Below, piece after piece: positions 29,605 to 43,204 of a stretch of 64,000 bases of DNA (its first letter is position 1; each line of letters begins with the position of its first letter). This DNA is from Octopus vulgaris (Eukaryota): assembly GCA_951406725.2 (NCBI GenBank), contig OX597839.1, forward strand, positions 28,334,001 through 28,398,000. Direction: 5' to 3'. The notes beneath the pieces were generated by a model. The model worked only from the letters and a program-made list of their open reading frames with translations, was not told the DNA's origin and did no database searches. The translations under genes and the position numbers were made by a program.

Positions 29605-30642
29605 TAATTCCTAATTATAAATTTATAGGCGCAGGAGTGGCCGGCTCGACGCCTTAATGGTGGCTGTTGTTTGCGATCATATAATAATGAGCTTATTGGA
29701 TACGGCGCTCGAATGCACTCATATGTAAAGGCTTGAAGAGGAGAGAAAGCAGCAAATGAAGGCCAGAAGTACGTGCAAAGTACACAGAACAAAAACATAA
29801 AAGACAGAAAAGTGAGCATTAAAAGATTCTTTAAAAGAGGAGAGTGCAAAGGCTGGTCAGGGGTTGACGAATTTCAGGAAGCGTGGAATTGGAGATTTTG
29901 TGGAAGTAAGGGCTGGAGTGAGCATCATAAAATAATCTTCTCGACCGTAACGTCATCGAAGAAGTCACGCTTCATTGAATGGCATTTATTGTCTTACATG
30001 AAGAATATGTCACTTTGTAATAAATATTTCTAAGGGAAAATTCGTGACGTCTTTCTTAACAATATATTAGGGGATAGTGTGGAGAGAGGGTTGAGGGATG
30101 TGGAGAGGAGAAAGGAAGACGAAAAGAGAACAGGAAAAGGGGAAAGAAAACGAAAAGAGAAAGAAAGAAAAAACTCTTCGTAATGAATCTATTTATTGAG
30201 TTTTTTTTTTATACGGTGAATATGGGACAAAACAAATATTTTGAGAGGATTTTTAGTGGAGAAGAGGTCGGATTAATCGACTGAAGAGAAACTAATCTCA
30301 ATTTATAAAAAAAATATCATTTTGAATCTGGTAATAAAGGAGAAATCGATATTGTAAAGTAGAAAAGATTATGGTCGATCGATAAATCATGGTCGTCGTC
30401 GTCATCATCTGTCGGTCATTATCCTTCCTCTTCTACTTATTATAGCTTTAATAATCGGTTGTGAGCCCCATGGTCGGACTGAATAACAACGAACCCTAGC
30501 TGTCGACGAGGATTGATTGAAGAGTTTATATGGGGTGGGTGGGTAAAAGAAGGTCTACAGTTACTTAGGAAAGAACATAGAATCAGAGAATTCTTATCCT
30601 ACAACCAAAAAAAAAAAAACAGAAATGAAAAGAACTTTTCTA

Positions 30643-31270
30643 TTGGGTCATCCCATAAATAATGCAGTTTTTTACCCTTTTTTTATTTTTCAAAATTAAG
30701 ATAAACAAAGTTCTTTTTTTAATCTAAAATATACTCTCCTTCATTTTCCACAATGCTCTTCCATCTATCTGGTAGACTTGCAAGGCCCCTCTTCCAAAAT
30801 TCACTTGTTCGTGACAAAGAATACTCCTCCATTATTCTTTTGACCTCATCTACAGAATTCACATTTTTTCCGTCCAAATGATTTTGAAGACTGTGGAATA
30901 AATGATATTTAAATGGGGCAATGTCCGGCGAATATAGTGGGCGGGTCATCGTTTCCCATTCAAACCGCTCCAGCCTTTGGAATGTCATCCTCGCTGTATG
31001 TGGCCTAGCATTATCCTGATGGAAGAACACTTTTCGTCTTGAAACCAAAGACTGTAGTTTTTCTTCTAGCGCTGACTTGAATGACTGGTTGAATGACCAA
31101 ATCCAATCTTCTCTGCTAGTTCCTCAACAGTAACAATGGAATTTTGTTCCACCAAGGTTTGCAGGACGTCCACGTTGAGTTCTAGAGATCTTCCAGAATG
31201 AGGCTCGTCTTCTAGGCTGTAGTTTCCTGCTTGGAATTTGTAGAACCACTGTTGACACTGGCTTACGCTG
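30643..31270 (-). pseudogene. Internally deleted mariner transposase
   Basis: C-terminal part HQDNARPH...PLYSPDIAP..YHLF.SLQNHL...GLASLPDRW..IVENEGEY (30719-31048) and N-terminal part QWFYKFQAGNYSLEDEPHSGRS. TA plus TIR ttgggtcatcccataaataatgc at 30641. Confidence 0.9.
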
Positions 31271-31679
31271 CCAATTGAGTTTTTCGTGTGATTTTATAAA
31301 CCCGCATCGCTTATATTTACATGTCTGCGGCCATACTTCAACTTACGTCGGTAACTGATTTTAAAACATGTGACTTAACTAAGAAATAAATGAATGACGT
31401 AACACGAAGAGACATTTTCAAAAGTCTCTCATCATTTATCTTTGTCTTAATCATTAGACTGCGACCATGCTGGGGCACCACCTTGAAGGATCTTCAATCG
31501 ATTGAAACGACCTCAGCAGATTGTTTTGTTGGTCGGATCAACTGGAACCCTCGTCGTCGTAACCGACGGAGTGCCACTGATTATATCTGTAACTATACGT
31601 ATGTATGTAGGTATGTGTATATATGGGAGAGCAGAGGCACGAATATGCGGAACCTGAAAGAAGCCCGTCGTGTATGAGT

Positions 31680-31719
<40 letters not shown>

Positions 31720-31939
31720 ACGCGCGGTTTTGTTTTCACACACACACTATCGCTTGACAACAGATGTTGGTGTGCTTACGTCCCCATAACTTAGCGGCTC
31801 GGCAAAAGAGACCGATAGGATAAGTACTAGGCTTACAAAGAATAAGTCCCTGTGGTCAATTTGTTCGACTAAAGGCAGTGCTCCAGCATGGCCGTAGTCA
31901 AATAGCTGAAACAAGTAAAAGAATAAAAGTACACACACA

Positions 31940-31970
<31 letters not shown>

Positions 31971-31971
31971 G

Positions 31972-32188
31972 CGCGGGGTTGCTGAAAAGTTCCTGGCTTT
32001 GAGGGTCTCACGAAAGGCCTGTTTGGAGGCCCAACCTTCCGAGTTCTTTTACAGGGATCAGAAAAACTGAAGGACCCCTGCAGTAAATGCGTGAATCTGA
32101 GAGGGGAATATGTTGAATTAAATCATAATTAACTGATTCTCCTCTATTTTCTTTTACCCAAAGCCAGGAAATTTTCAGCACCCCCTCG
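31972..32188. mobile_element. Mariner-type MITE
   Basis: TIRs cgcggggttgctgaaaagttcctggctttg / caaagccaggaaattttcagcaccccctcg. Confidence 0.7.
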
Positions 32189-32282
32189 TTTGTGTGTGTG
32201 TGTGTGTATATATGACCTCGTGAGCACCGCCAGCAATTTTTTTTCCTCTGTCTTCCCTTCTCGGGATCTATCCTTCTCCTAT

Positions 32283-32317
32283 GTTTCCGACGAAGAGCTC
32301 TGCTCGAAACGTTAAAC
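32283..32317 (+). ncRNA. Minimal (Penelope-type) hammerhead, U4C core variant
   Basis: GTTT-CCGACGA-A-GAGC-TCT-GCTC-GAAA-CG-TT-AAAC. It lies within a roughly 200-bp element (about 32213-32420) that ends in (TA)n. Confidence 0.65.
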
Positions 32318-32414
32318 CCTCCTTCTTCCCTTCTTTCCTGAGCGTCCAATAATACTTTATTTGTTCCACGTCCTCGCGTTGCTGTGTTTTTTTTCTGTTT
32401 TCTTGTTTGGATTA

Positions 32415-32466
<52 letters not shown>

Positions 32467-32468
32467 CA

Positions 32469-32524
<56 letters not shown>

Positions 32525-33164
32525 TGCACATATTGGCAGTGGGTCTTTTATTTCCAGTCATAAACCGGAAATAGAAACATTACTGGAAGAGAAAAAATAT
32601 AACGAGAAAAGAAAATGGCTATTTTTTTTTCTTTTTCGTTTTTTTTTTCCATCCCTGATATAGCTTTCGTCTTTGTTTTCGTTTATAATTGACAATATGT
32701 TTCCTGTTTAAACCTCGAAGTGGCTGACTATTTGCGTGAAAAGTACAGTCTAGAAGTGAATAGGGAAATAGAAATAACGTTTTCCATTTATTTCATTGTC
32801 AATACATTCAATGATATCCATACAATGTTCTGATGTTTTAAGTATTTCCTAGTTTTTAATGGAGCGTTTGGATTTATCAGGAAAGAAGGGAGCAGAACAA
32901 TTTTGATTGACTTTATTATTATTTTTTTTTTCATTATTTTGCCTTGCATTCCGTGGCGTATTCTATGGATTCATTGTTGTTAGAGAAATTCGCCAACATT
33001 GCTATTCATCTCTTTCTTTCTAGCTGTTTATAATCCAACTACATGGTTCTGGGTTCAGTCCTTGGGCAAGTGTCTTCTACTATAGCTTCGGGCCGACCAA
33101 AGCTTTGTGAGTGGATTTGGTAGACGGAAACTGACAGAAGCCAAGAAGCCAGCCGTGTATATAT

Positions 33165-33429
33165 ATCACCTTCGAAACACGCTAGAGTTGAACTAAGGAC
33201 AGCTGATGAAGGGGATTTTTCCTTGTGTAGTTTGTCTTGTACTCTGTTTTTCTCGTTTAGGTCCGTTTCCACGTTTGTTTTTCCGTTTTCGTTTCTCGTT
33301 GAGTTCTACGTCTATTTGTGGTGTCCTGTACTCACGTATATATATATTTATATATGCATGTATATATACATGTAGATGTAGGTACGTACATATACGTATG
33401 TATGTATGCATATATTTTATTTATTACAC

Positions 33430-33432
<3 letters not shown>
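33165..33432 (+). mobile_element. Penelope-like 3' tail family, copy 2
   Basis: Same family as 3586-3828. Starts with a hammerhead-like 3' half (ccttcGAAACacgctagagtt) and is inserted into the internal microsatellite of a SINE. Confidence 0.5.
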
Positions 33433-33466
<34 letters not shown>

Positions 33467-33563
33467 AGAAATGGTAAGATAATAAAAGAATGAAACAGAC
33501 CTCGATATTATGTAAATAGAGAAATTTATTTGTAAATATATGCGACTATTATTCGGTAGCCAT

Positions 33564-33624
33564 GATAAAACTCCGAGTTTCGGGTGTCGGGGTGGAAATC
33601 CACGTCGCCATCTCTTCAGTTATC
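33564..33624 (-). ncRNA. Type I hammerhead
   Basis: Minus strand: GATAA-CTGAAGA-GATGGCGACGTGGATTTCCACCCCGACACCC-GAAA-CTCGGAG-TT-TTATC. The element is flanked by (TA)n at about 33435-33462 and about 33700. Confidence 0.65.
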
Positions 33625-33695
33625 CGGCCATCGGAAAAAATGCTATGAAAATGACCCCTTCAAGTTATTTTATAATAGTCACATATTACATTTAC

Positions 33696-33750
<55 letters not shown>

Positions 33751-34694
33751 TGCATATATTTGTGTGTGTGCGTTTGTCCCCTCATCATCGTTTGACAACC
33801 GATGTTGGTGTGTTTGCGTCCCCGTAACTTAGCGATTCGGCAAAAAAGAGACCGATAGAATATGTACTACGCTTACAAGGAATAAGTCCTGGGGTCGATT
33901 TGTTTAACTAAAAGGCGGTGCTCCAGCATGGCCGCAGTCAAGTAGCTGAAACAAGCGAAAAAACAAGTAAAAGAAGAGATTACAGTGGATTCTCCTGGTG
34001 CGAACGACAGACGAGGGTTCGGCGATTTCTTGCCGAACAAGCAGCCCGGATGATTTGTTTATAGGCGACCAAAGCTTCGTGCTGTATCTTAACTCACCTC
34101 ACCCACCATAGAATCGGCGTTGCCGGTTCAGGTGCTCAAATGTGCCACACGTTGAATGTCGAAATGATCACAGAGCAACATGAAATTTACATACATACAA
34201 ACATACATACATCACGTGATCGACCAGAATATCGCTTGTTCTACATCGCTGGTTACAATGCACTTTGCATCCTTTTAGCTCTCCAAGAAGGCCACCCCGC
34301 TGGGTAGGTGAGCAGACGAACACTCCCCCGCCGCCGATCGGAAGGCCCTTCCGTCGCAGGGTGACCATTTATAGTTGAGTGGACTGGACCAACGTGAAAT
34401 GAAATGTTTTGCTCAAGAACACAACACATCGCCCGGTCCAGGAATCGAAACTGCAGTCTTACAATCCTGAGTCCAACACCCGAACCACTAAGCCACGCGC
34501 CCCCGACATATACAAATATATAATCAAATAAAAGATGAATATATATGGCTGTGTGGTAAGTAGCTTGCTTACGAACCACATGGTTCCGGGTTCAGTCCCA
34601 CTGCGTGGCACCTTGAGCAAGTGTCTACTATAGCCTCGGGCCGACCAAAGCCTTGTGAGTGGATTTGGTAGACGGAAACTGAAGGAAGCCCGTC

Positions 34695-34759
<65 letters not shown>

Positions 34760-36621
34760 TGTATGTATGTGTGTATGTGTGTGTGTGTGCGTGTGTGTGT
34801 GTGTGCGTGCGTGTGTGTTTGTCTCCCCAACATCGCTTGACAACCCATGCTGGTGTGTTTACGTCCCCGTAACTTAGCGCTTCGGCAAAAGAGACCGATA
34901 GAATAAGTACTAGGCTTACAAAGAATAAGTCCCGGGGTCGGTTTGCTCGACTACAGTCAAATGACTGAAACAAGTAAAAGAGTAAAAGATATATATATAT
35001 ATATATATATAAGAGACCGGTGTGTGTGTGTGTGTAGCTGCAGATGGTGTTAAGCGAGTCATTCCTACTCCCTTCCCCCAGGGCAGAGATATATTAATAT
35101 ATTAATAATGTCTAACTTTTTACTCGTCTCTTGACTATATTTGTACAAATTTTTCTTTCAAATAATTCGCTTTCCTCATCAACAACCAACAATTAGCATC
35201 AACAGCTGTTTGTTACAAACAACAACAATCCTATTTTCCCCACTTGGCTTTACACGCCCTCTTCTCTAACCCCCCCCCCCCCCCCAGCTGCTCGTCATAC
35301 CACTACAACACCACCCCCACCTACCTGCAGCTAAATTCGAGGCCCTTTGTCACCTATATATTACAAATCCTTGTCATCATAAATCTGTCCCCTACACCAA
35401 CCCCTTGTGTTAGAAACGTCTGTTCGTACTTTATCCCTTTGTACTGTCTTGTTTTTTCGAGCCCTTGTAGCTAATAAAGACATCATCACCACCACCACCA
35501 TATATATATCCCCACCAAATTTCAGGCTTTGTGCCTATAGTAGAAAGGATTATTATTACTATTATTATTGAGCTGACAGAATGGTTAGCATGCCGGCCAA
35601 ATGCTTAGCGGTATTTCGTCTGCCGCTACGTTCTGAGTTCAAATTCCGCCGAGGTCGACTTTGTCTTTCATCCTTTCGGGGTCGATTAAATAAGTACCAG
35701 TTACGCACTGGGGTCGATATAATCGACTTAATCCATTTGTCTGTCCTTGTTTGTCCTCTCTGTGTTTAGCCCCTTTCTGGGTAGTAAAGAAATAGAAATA
35801 GCTATTTCGTCCGCTACTACGTTCTGAGTTCAAATTCCGCTGAGGTTGTCTTTGCCTTTCATCCTTTTCAGGGTTGATAAATTAAATACCAATGAAACTC
35901 TGGGGTTTGATGTAATCGACTTGTGCCCTCCCCCCAAATTTCAGGCCTTGTGCCTTTAGTAGAAAGGATTATTAAGGCGGTGAGCGAGCAGAATCGTTTT
36001 TAGGGGGTCGAACAAAATGCTTAGATGCCTATTCCTGCTCTTTATGTTCTGAGTTCAAATTCCGCCGAGTTCGAGTTTGCTTTTCCTCTTGAAGGGGCCA
36101 ACAAGTACCAGTTAAACACTGGGGCAGATATAATAAACTATTCCACCCCACCCCAAAAATAGAAAGGATCACTATTATTGATGACGATGATGATGTTTCT
36201 TTGTGGGCCCCAAAAAGGAAATCAGGGTTGATGAGCGGAATCGTTAGGGCATCGGACAGAAGGCTTTCCCGTATTTCTCCCGACCGGCCACGTTCAGAGT
36301 TCAAAATTCCATCGAGATCATCTTCACCTTTCATCCTTTCCGGATCGATAAAATAAGTACCATTGGGGCACCAGTGATCGACTTCCCCACCCCACCCACC
36401 TCAAAATTATAGGCCTTGTGCCAAAGAAAAGTTAGAATTATGTAGGAGTGGCTGTGTGGTAAGTAGTTTGCTTACGAACCACATGGTTCCGGGTTCAGTC
36501 CCACTGCATGGCATCTTGGGCAAGTGTGTTTTACTATAGCCTCGGGCCGACCAAAGCCTTGTGAGTGGATTTGGTAGACGGAAACTGAAAGAAGCCCGTC
36601 GTATATATGTATGTATGTATG

Positions 36622-36668
<47 letters not shown>

Positions 36669-36972
36669 GTGTGTGTATATGTTTGTGTGTCTGTGTTTGT
36701 TCCCCCACAATCACTTGACAACCGATGCTGGTGTGTTTATGTTCTCTTAAACTAGCGGTTCGGCAAAAGAGACCGATAGAATAAGTACTAGGCTTACAAA
36801 GAATGAGCCCTGGGGTCGACTAAAAGGCGATGCTCCAGCATGGTCACAGTCAAATGACTGAAAAGAGTAAAAGAGTGTACATGACATTCAGATTTTATCG
36901 CTTTTTTTTTGTCTTTTTACAACGCTTTCTCACGCGCACATGTCTATACTTTTGATGTTGGTTTCTCTCTCT

Positions 36973-37010
<38 letters not shown>

Positions 37011-38783
37011 TGTGTGTATGTGTGTGTGTATGTGTGTGTGTGTGTGTATGTGTTTAAATCTGCTTCTCTTTTAGAAATTAATTTGAAGTAGTCGTAAAAG
37101 GACCGCACCCAGCGTTACACACACATACACACACATACACACACACACATGCAACAAAGACGTGTGTGGTTTGGAAACCTCTATGTTTCTGTGTGCGCGT
37201 ATGGATGAGTGTGTGTGCGTATACATATAAGTGCATATGCGTATGCGCGCGCGTATCCATGTGCGTGTATGTGTATACGTGTGCGTGCATGTATACATGT
37301 GTGCGTGTGCATGTGTGTGCGTATACGTGTGTGTGTGTGTGTGTGTGTGTGCGTATACGTGTATGTGTGTGTGCGTATACGTGTATGTGTGTGTGTGTGT
37401 GCGTATACGTGTATGTGTGCGCGTATAAATCTGTGTGCGAGTATACGTGTGTGTGTGTGTGTGTGTACATATACATATATGTATATGCGTGTGCGTGCAC
37501 GTATTTGTGTATGTGTGCGCGTATGTATTTGCGTGTGCATGCAGGTTTGTGTCTGTGGGCGTATGCGTGAGTGTGTATGTGTGTTAGCATGTGTATGCGT
37601 GTTTGTGTGTGAGTGCGTGTATACATGCTTGTATGTATGTAAAGTGCAGCATGTGTAATATGTGTATGATGTACCCTATATACGTGAATGCACGCGCCTA
37701 TGTTCGGCAGCCCACCCGTTTAAGCAATAAACGGGTATTTCCTACCCGAACAAATCCCAAATGTTTTAAATTCGGTTATATTTAATGTGGGGTGAGGAGG
37801 AAGGAGAGAAGGAGAGCAACAGATGGAAATTCCTTTCTGTTATCTCCCTTTTATTCTAGCCTCTTCGCTCTCTCTCTCTCACACACTTTCCCTCTCTCCT
37901 TACATATTTCTCTCTCCCTCTCTACATATCTCTACCTATCACTCTCCGAACCTCTCTCCTTTCCCCATCTCTCTCTCTCTGCCTCCCTCTTATTCTTTTC
38001 CTATCGGATTCATTTTTGCCTTTCTACATTTCTATCTCCCTACCCTCTTCATATCACTCTCCTTCCCCATCTCCCTACGTATCTCTCTCTCTCTCTTTGC
38101 GTATCTCCCTCTACATCTCTCTCTCTCTCTTTACATATCTCCCTCTACATATCTCTCTCTCTCCTTTCCTATCTCTCTCCGTGTCTCACTACGCATCCCC
38201 CCCTCTCTCTCTCTCTCTCCATATCTCTCTCTCTCCTTTCCTATTTCTCTACGCGTCTCGCGACTTATCCCCCCCTCTCTCTCTCTCTTTACATATCTCC
38301 CTCTACATATCTCTCTCTCTCCTTTCCTATCTCTCTACGTATCCCCTCCCCCTCTCTCTCTCTCTCTCTCCCTTTACATATCGTTCTCCCTCCGACATCC
38401 TCCCCTGCTTCACTCCATATATTTCGTGGGCAGAGTACGGCCAAACGCTTAACAAAGTTCGCTTCGTAACTTCGAAGTCCTGACAACTGGACAAACGTCA
38501 TAGTCTCCAGCCTCGGACTAACCCAAACTTTATGAGTGAAACTACACAGAGAGAAACTCAGAAGCCATCCGAATAAAATATACCTGTCATTCAAACGGTC
38601 CGTTCTTGTCGCCTCGGTATCACGCTCAGTATGCTTGAGAATTATATTAAAAAGTACACTCTGGAATACTCAACCACTGCGGCATATTGTTCAGTCGATC
38701 TTCACTAGTCTACAATTCGTCCTTGTATGGAATACTGTTGTGTGTGCGTAGCATGTGAAACATATGTATGATGTGTCTATATA

Positions 38784-39155
38784 TAGGCGCAGGAGTGGCT
38801 GTGTGGTAAGTAGCTTGCCTACCAACCACATAGTTCTGGGTTCAGTCTCACTGCGTGGCATCTTGGGCAAGTGTCTTCTGCTATAGCCTCGGGCCGACCA
38901 AAGCCTTGTGAGTGGATTTGGTAGACGGAAACTGAAAGAAGCCTGTCGTATATATGTATATATATATGTATGTGTATGTATATGTTTGTATGCTGGTGTG
39001 TTTACGTCCCCGTCACTTAGCGGTTCGGCAAAATAGACCGATAGAATAAGTACTGGGCTTACAAAGAATAAGTCCCGGGATCGATTTGCTCGACTAAAGG
39101 CGGTGCTCCAGCATGGCCGCAGTCAAATGACTGAAACAAGTAAAAGAGTAAAGAG
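38784..39155 (+). mobile_element. tRNA-derived SINE family A (internal microsatellite), full-length representative
   Basis: Head ggcgcaggagtggctgtgtggtaag...gggttcagtc, central TA/TG tract, tail ggcggtgctccagcatggccgcagtc...gtaaaagag. Other copies (approximate): 190-440 with 945-1098(-), 9040-9380, 15912-16322, 20137-20541(-), 29243-29404(-), 31650-31927, 33040-33975, 34546-34988, 36444-36875, 39767-40148, 46838-47056, 56885-57345(-), 60953-61368. Confidence 0.85.
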
Positions 39156-39299
39156 TATATGTATGCACACATTTTCGGCAACCCACCCGTTTAAGTAATA
39201 AACAGGGATTTACCACCTCAAAAAGATTCCACATGTTTTAAACTGGCCAGAGGTAACCGTCTTGTCACTTGGATCCCCTCGACCGGGTTCAGAAGCGAG

Positions 39300-39740
39300 G
39301 CTCTAATTTGATTGGCCCTTCTCATGCTTCAACTCCACAGCCCTTGTGACATCGATGTGACGTCGCTAGTCTTAATCCTTCCTATCGTTATTGCCACAGG
39401 AAGTGCTTTTGATGAGCTTTCTCTCAGTTCCGCTATAAACTCTGCAACCCTTGTCACACGAACGTGAAGTCTTTTCTATCGTTATTGCCGCAGGAATGGC
39501 TCTGATGTATTTCCTCTCTCAGTTCCAGACCACTTTGTGCCATCTCGCCAGACTCCAAAACCACAGAGCCTTCATCCAAATATTGTTCTACTTCCACAAA
39601 TAACGAAGTCTTTCTGTGATCGTAGCGTTTTTTTTTTCTTCCTTGAACTGCCAGACTTTGGAACTCTTTTCCATTCCATTGATTTCCTCCTCCTTCTGAT
39701 CTGAACTCTTTCAAGTCTAAAGTACATTCATTCCTTTCGT
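39300..39740 (+). mobile_element. LINE ORF2 3' end fragment (CR1/L2/jockey group)
   Basis: Translation FFLP*TARLWNSFPFH*FPPPSDLNSFKSKVH resembles the FFPRT..LWNSLP...NL..FKS.V terminus. Confidence 0.55.
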
Positions 39741-39931
39741 CATAATTTCTCCCGCTTCGTCGTCGTAGGAGTGGCTGTGTGGTCAGTAGCTTGCCTACGA
39801 ACCACATGGTTCCAGGTTCAGTCCCACTGCGTGGCACCTTGGGGAAGTGTCTTCTACTATAGCCTCGGCCGACCAATGCCTTGTGAATGGATTTGGTAGA
39901 CGGAAACTGAAAGAAGCTCGTCGTATATATG

Positions 39932-39962
<31 letters not shown>

Positions 39963-40615
39963 TTGTTCCTCCAACATTGCTTGACAACCGACGCTGGTGT
40001 GTTTACGTCCCCGTAACTTAGCGGTTCGGCAAAAGACACCGGCAGAATAAGTACTAGGCTTACAAAGAATAAGTCCTGGGGTCGATTTGCTCGACTAAAG
40101 GCGGTGCTCTAGCATGGCCGCAGTCACATGACTGAAACAAGTAAAAGAGCCCCTTACACTAAGTGGCTTCTCTCTTTGTTTCGGACTTTCTTATACAACC
40201 CTGAATTCTCGCCGTCGAAACCGGTGGAGGTCCACTGCCGCATACATTTCTTTCTATCTCTGCCTCCTCTCTCTTTATCTTCGTATATCTCCCCGCCACC
40301 GCCTCTCTCACCCTCACTTACTTTCTATCCTATTTTATTTTTAGTTTTTTTATATGTTTACACTTATCATTAGATAATGTAGACCTTTAAAATTAAAAAA
40401 ATGAGAATGTAATTGAAGGGAGATTTACTTATTTCTAGCAGGTCGCTTAGAACAGAACAGGACAGGCCACATTGAGGCCCGCGGGCTGCATGCGGCCTGC
40501 TCGATACTTTCTTGAAATGGGTTTATTTAAACAAGCATTTTTAAAATTTCATCAAAAATTAAAGGTTGTAATGAAGAGTTAAGAAAGAAAGATACAACTG
40601 TTTTTGCAACGATAA

Positions 40616-41006
40616 TGGATGGAAGCACTCCGTCGGTTACGACGACGAGGGTTCCGGTTGATCCGAATCAACGGAACAGCCTGCTCGTGAAATTAACGTG
40701 TAAGTGGCTGAGCACTCCACAGACACGTGTACCCTTAACGTAGTTCTCGGGGATATTCAGCGTGACACAGAGAGTGACAAGGCCGGCCCTTTGAAATACA
40801 GGTACAACAGAAACAGGAAGTAAGAGTGAGAGAAAGTTGTGGTGAAAGAGTACAGCAGGGATCACCACCATCCCCTGCCGGAGCCTCGTGGAGCTTTTGG
40901 GTGTTTTCGCTCAATAAACACTCACAATGCCCGGTCTGGGAATCGAAACCGCGATCCTATGACCGCGAGTCCGCTGCCCTAACCACTGGGCCATTGCACC
41001 TCCACA
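40616..41006 (-). mobile_element. tRNA-derived SINE family B, young copy
   Basis: Near-identical to 57755-58148. Nested in a probable hAT-type MITE (about 40458-41134). Confidence 0.85.
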
Positions 41007-41489
41007 ATCAATGATGATTAATTCGTTATTGTAGTAAAAGCATGAGAAAGCGTAATGCTTTCAATTCTGTCAGTATGTTGGCGGCCCTCTGTGATTAAAG
41101 TGGGCCGCAATGTAATTCGAGTTGGCCAGGGCTGGCTTAGAACATTGCTCGGTTCGTGGACGTGACTGGTGCCTGCACGTGAAGAGAAAGGAAACGGGAG
41201 AGCGAGCTAAGAGGGGAGATAATAAGGTTGGAGGTGGGTGGGGTGCATTGCATTTAGTTATGTTGGCTGGTTGGTTGGAAACGGGTGGAAAAATAACGGA
41301 ACAGAAGCGTAGGAAGAAGGATATCCGGCCATTAGGCCTTATGCTTATAACACAGGTTTCTCTCGGCTGTGAGAACTGGCGAGAGTGAAATAATACAGGG
41401 GCAGAGGGGAGAGATTGGAGAGTGAGTGAGTGGGAGAGAGCTTCAAACGCCGGCAGTTTTGTGTGTGTGCGTGTGTGTGTGTGTGTGTG

Positions 41490-41568
<79 letters not shown>

Positions 41569-42444
41569 GCGTGTGTGTGCGTGTGTACGTGTGTGTGTGT
41601 CTGTGTGTGTGTGCGTGTGTGTGTGTGTCTCTCTCTCTCTCCTGGTGGAATCGTTATTGCTAGGAGGATCCCATTGTTTTAATGGCAGCAACACTGCCGT
41701 TTGTTTGAGCCCCACCCTCGCCCCACCCCGCCAACGCCAGCTTCGTTTGGAAGAAGCGGGGTGGGGGGGATGCGGTTTATCTTTTATTATTATATGCTAT
41801 AATTCTGTCTCTCTAACGCATGCATTTAATAGATATAGAACGCATACACACACACATACACCCACACACATATACACCCACACACATATATTGCGAGAGA
41901 ATTTATTCGACTGCAGTCTGACCCTCCTCATACACTTCCGCAATTAACCACCCGTTATACACCCGATCCGTTCGCATGCATATATAATACACTTTGCATT
42001 GCGTTCGGCATCATACAGACAAGCATACATGCACGCATGCACACGTACACCCATACACACGCACACACACACTTGCAAGTGTTGATGTGCATATTAGATA
42101 CGGCAGAGGCAAACGTGCACTGAAGACTTAATTTGAATGCGTGCACACATGCATGCGTGTTCGTGTTCGCTTTGTGGCCGAATTGTTAACAAGTTCGATT
42201 ACTTTTGCAACGGTTTTGTATTTTTCTGTTGTCGACGGGTTTTTTCTGGATCCTTCGATACTGGCTCTTTGGTTCACCAAGAAACAAATTTCGCTTCAAC
42301 CCCATACAATACTTTATTTATTTTCCGTAAAAATTTCTTGTTTACTTTCTGCCCGTCGTATTAAGAAATATAATTTTCGTTACCCAGTTATTTTCATTGT
42401 TTACTATCTTCTGCACCCGTATATTTCTGTATAAGTATGTAACC

Positions 42445-42920
42445 ATGCCTAGAAGGAAAGTGTCAAATTTGTCTACAATGTCAAGGTAAAGCCAAAAGAA
42501 TGTCTCCGTCCAGGGAAAGAGAGACAGCTGCAGAAAGGGAAGCATAGCAAGAAACGAACAGACCGTGCACTACAAAAGCCAGAGCGTCTCAAAGTGACGA
42601 ACAGAGGTACGCACGGCTGACAAGGAATAGGATCTCCACTGCAGAACGAAGAGCAGTTGCAACAGTTCAGAGAAGCAACTTCTATGAAGCAGCTTTCAAT
42701 TATGGTCCAGCAGTTCATTTATGCAGGTGACACTAGAGTTGCCATTGGTGCAAATGACAACTGAGTGCATACATTGTAAAGGAAGGGAGTGGCCTGGAGA
42801 GACACCTGCAGTGTGTTGCAGTGGTGGAAAGGTTCAACTCCCTGCAATCCCCCAACCGCCAGAGCCATTGAAGAAACTGTTATCAACTGACCGAGGTTCC
42901 AAGCACTTCCAAAACTTTCT
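42445..42920 (+). pseudogene. Helitron RepHel N-terminal fragment
   Basis: MPRRKVSNLS...EAAFNY..., then MTTECIHCKGREWPGETPAVCCSGGKVQLPAIPQPPEPLKKLL...SKHF, the typical CxxC...CCxxGKV.LP Helitron motif. Contains stops and frameshifts. Confidence 0.8.
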
Positions 42921-43041
42921 GGATTCTCGGAACGTTTGAATGGACTTATTGAGCATAAAAAGTGGTCTTACCCGGTCACGAGCTGACATACACCATGATA
43001 TTTAATATTAACTTATCTTGTAAATTTAATACTGAGCCCTC

Positions 43042-43079
<38 letters not shown>

Positions 43080-43204
43080 CACACTCCTGTACATTTTAAT
43101 TTCTCGCTCATTAACACACTTTTTCTTATATGTATGTGTGTGTGACGTATACATATACGTACTTACAATTACACATAATATATATATATATATATATATA
43201 TATA

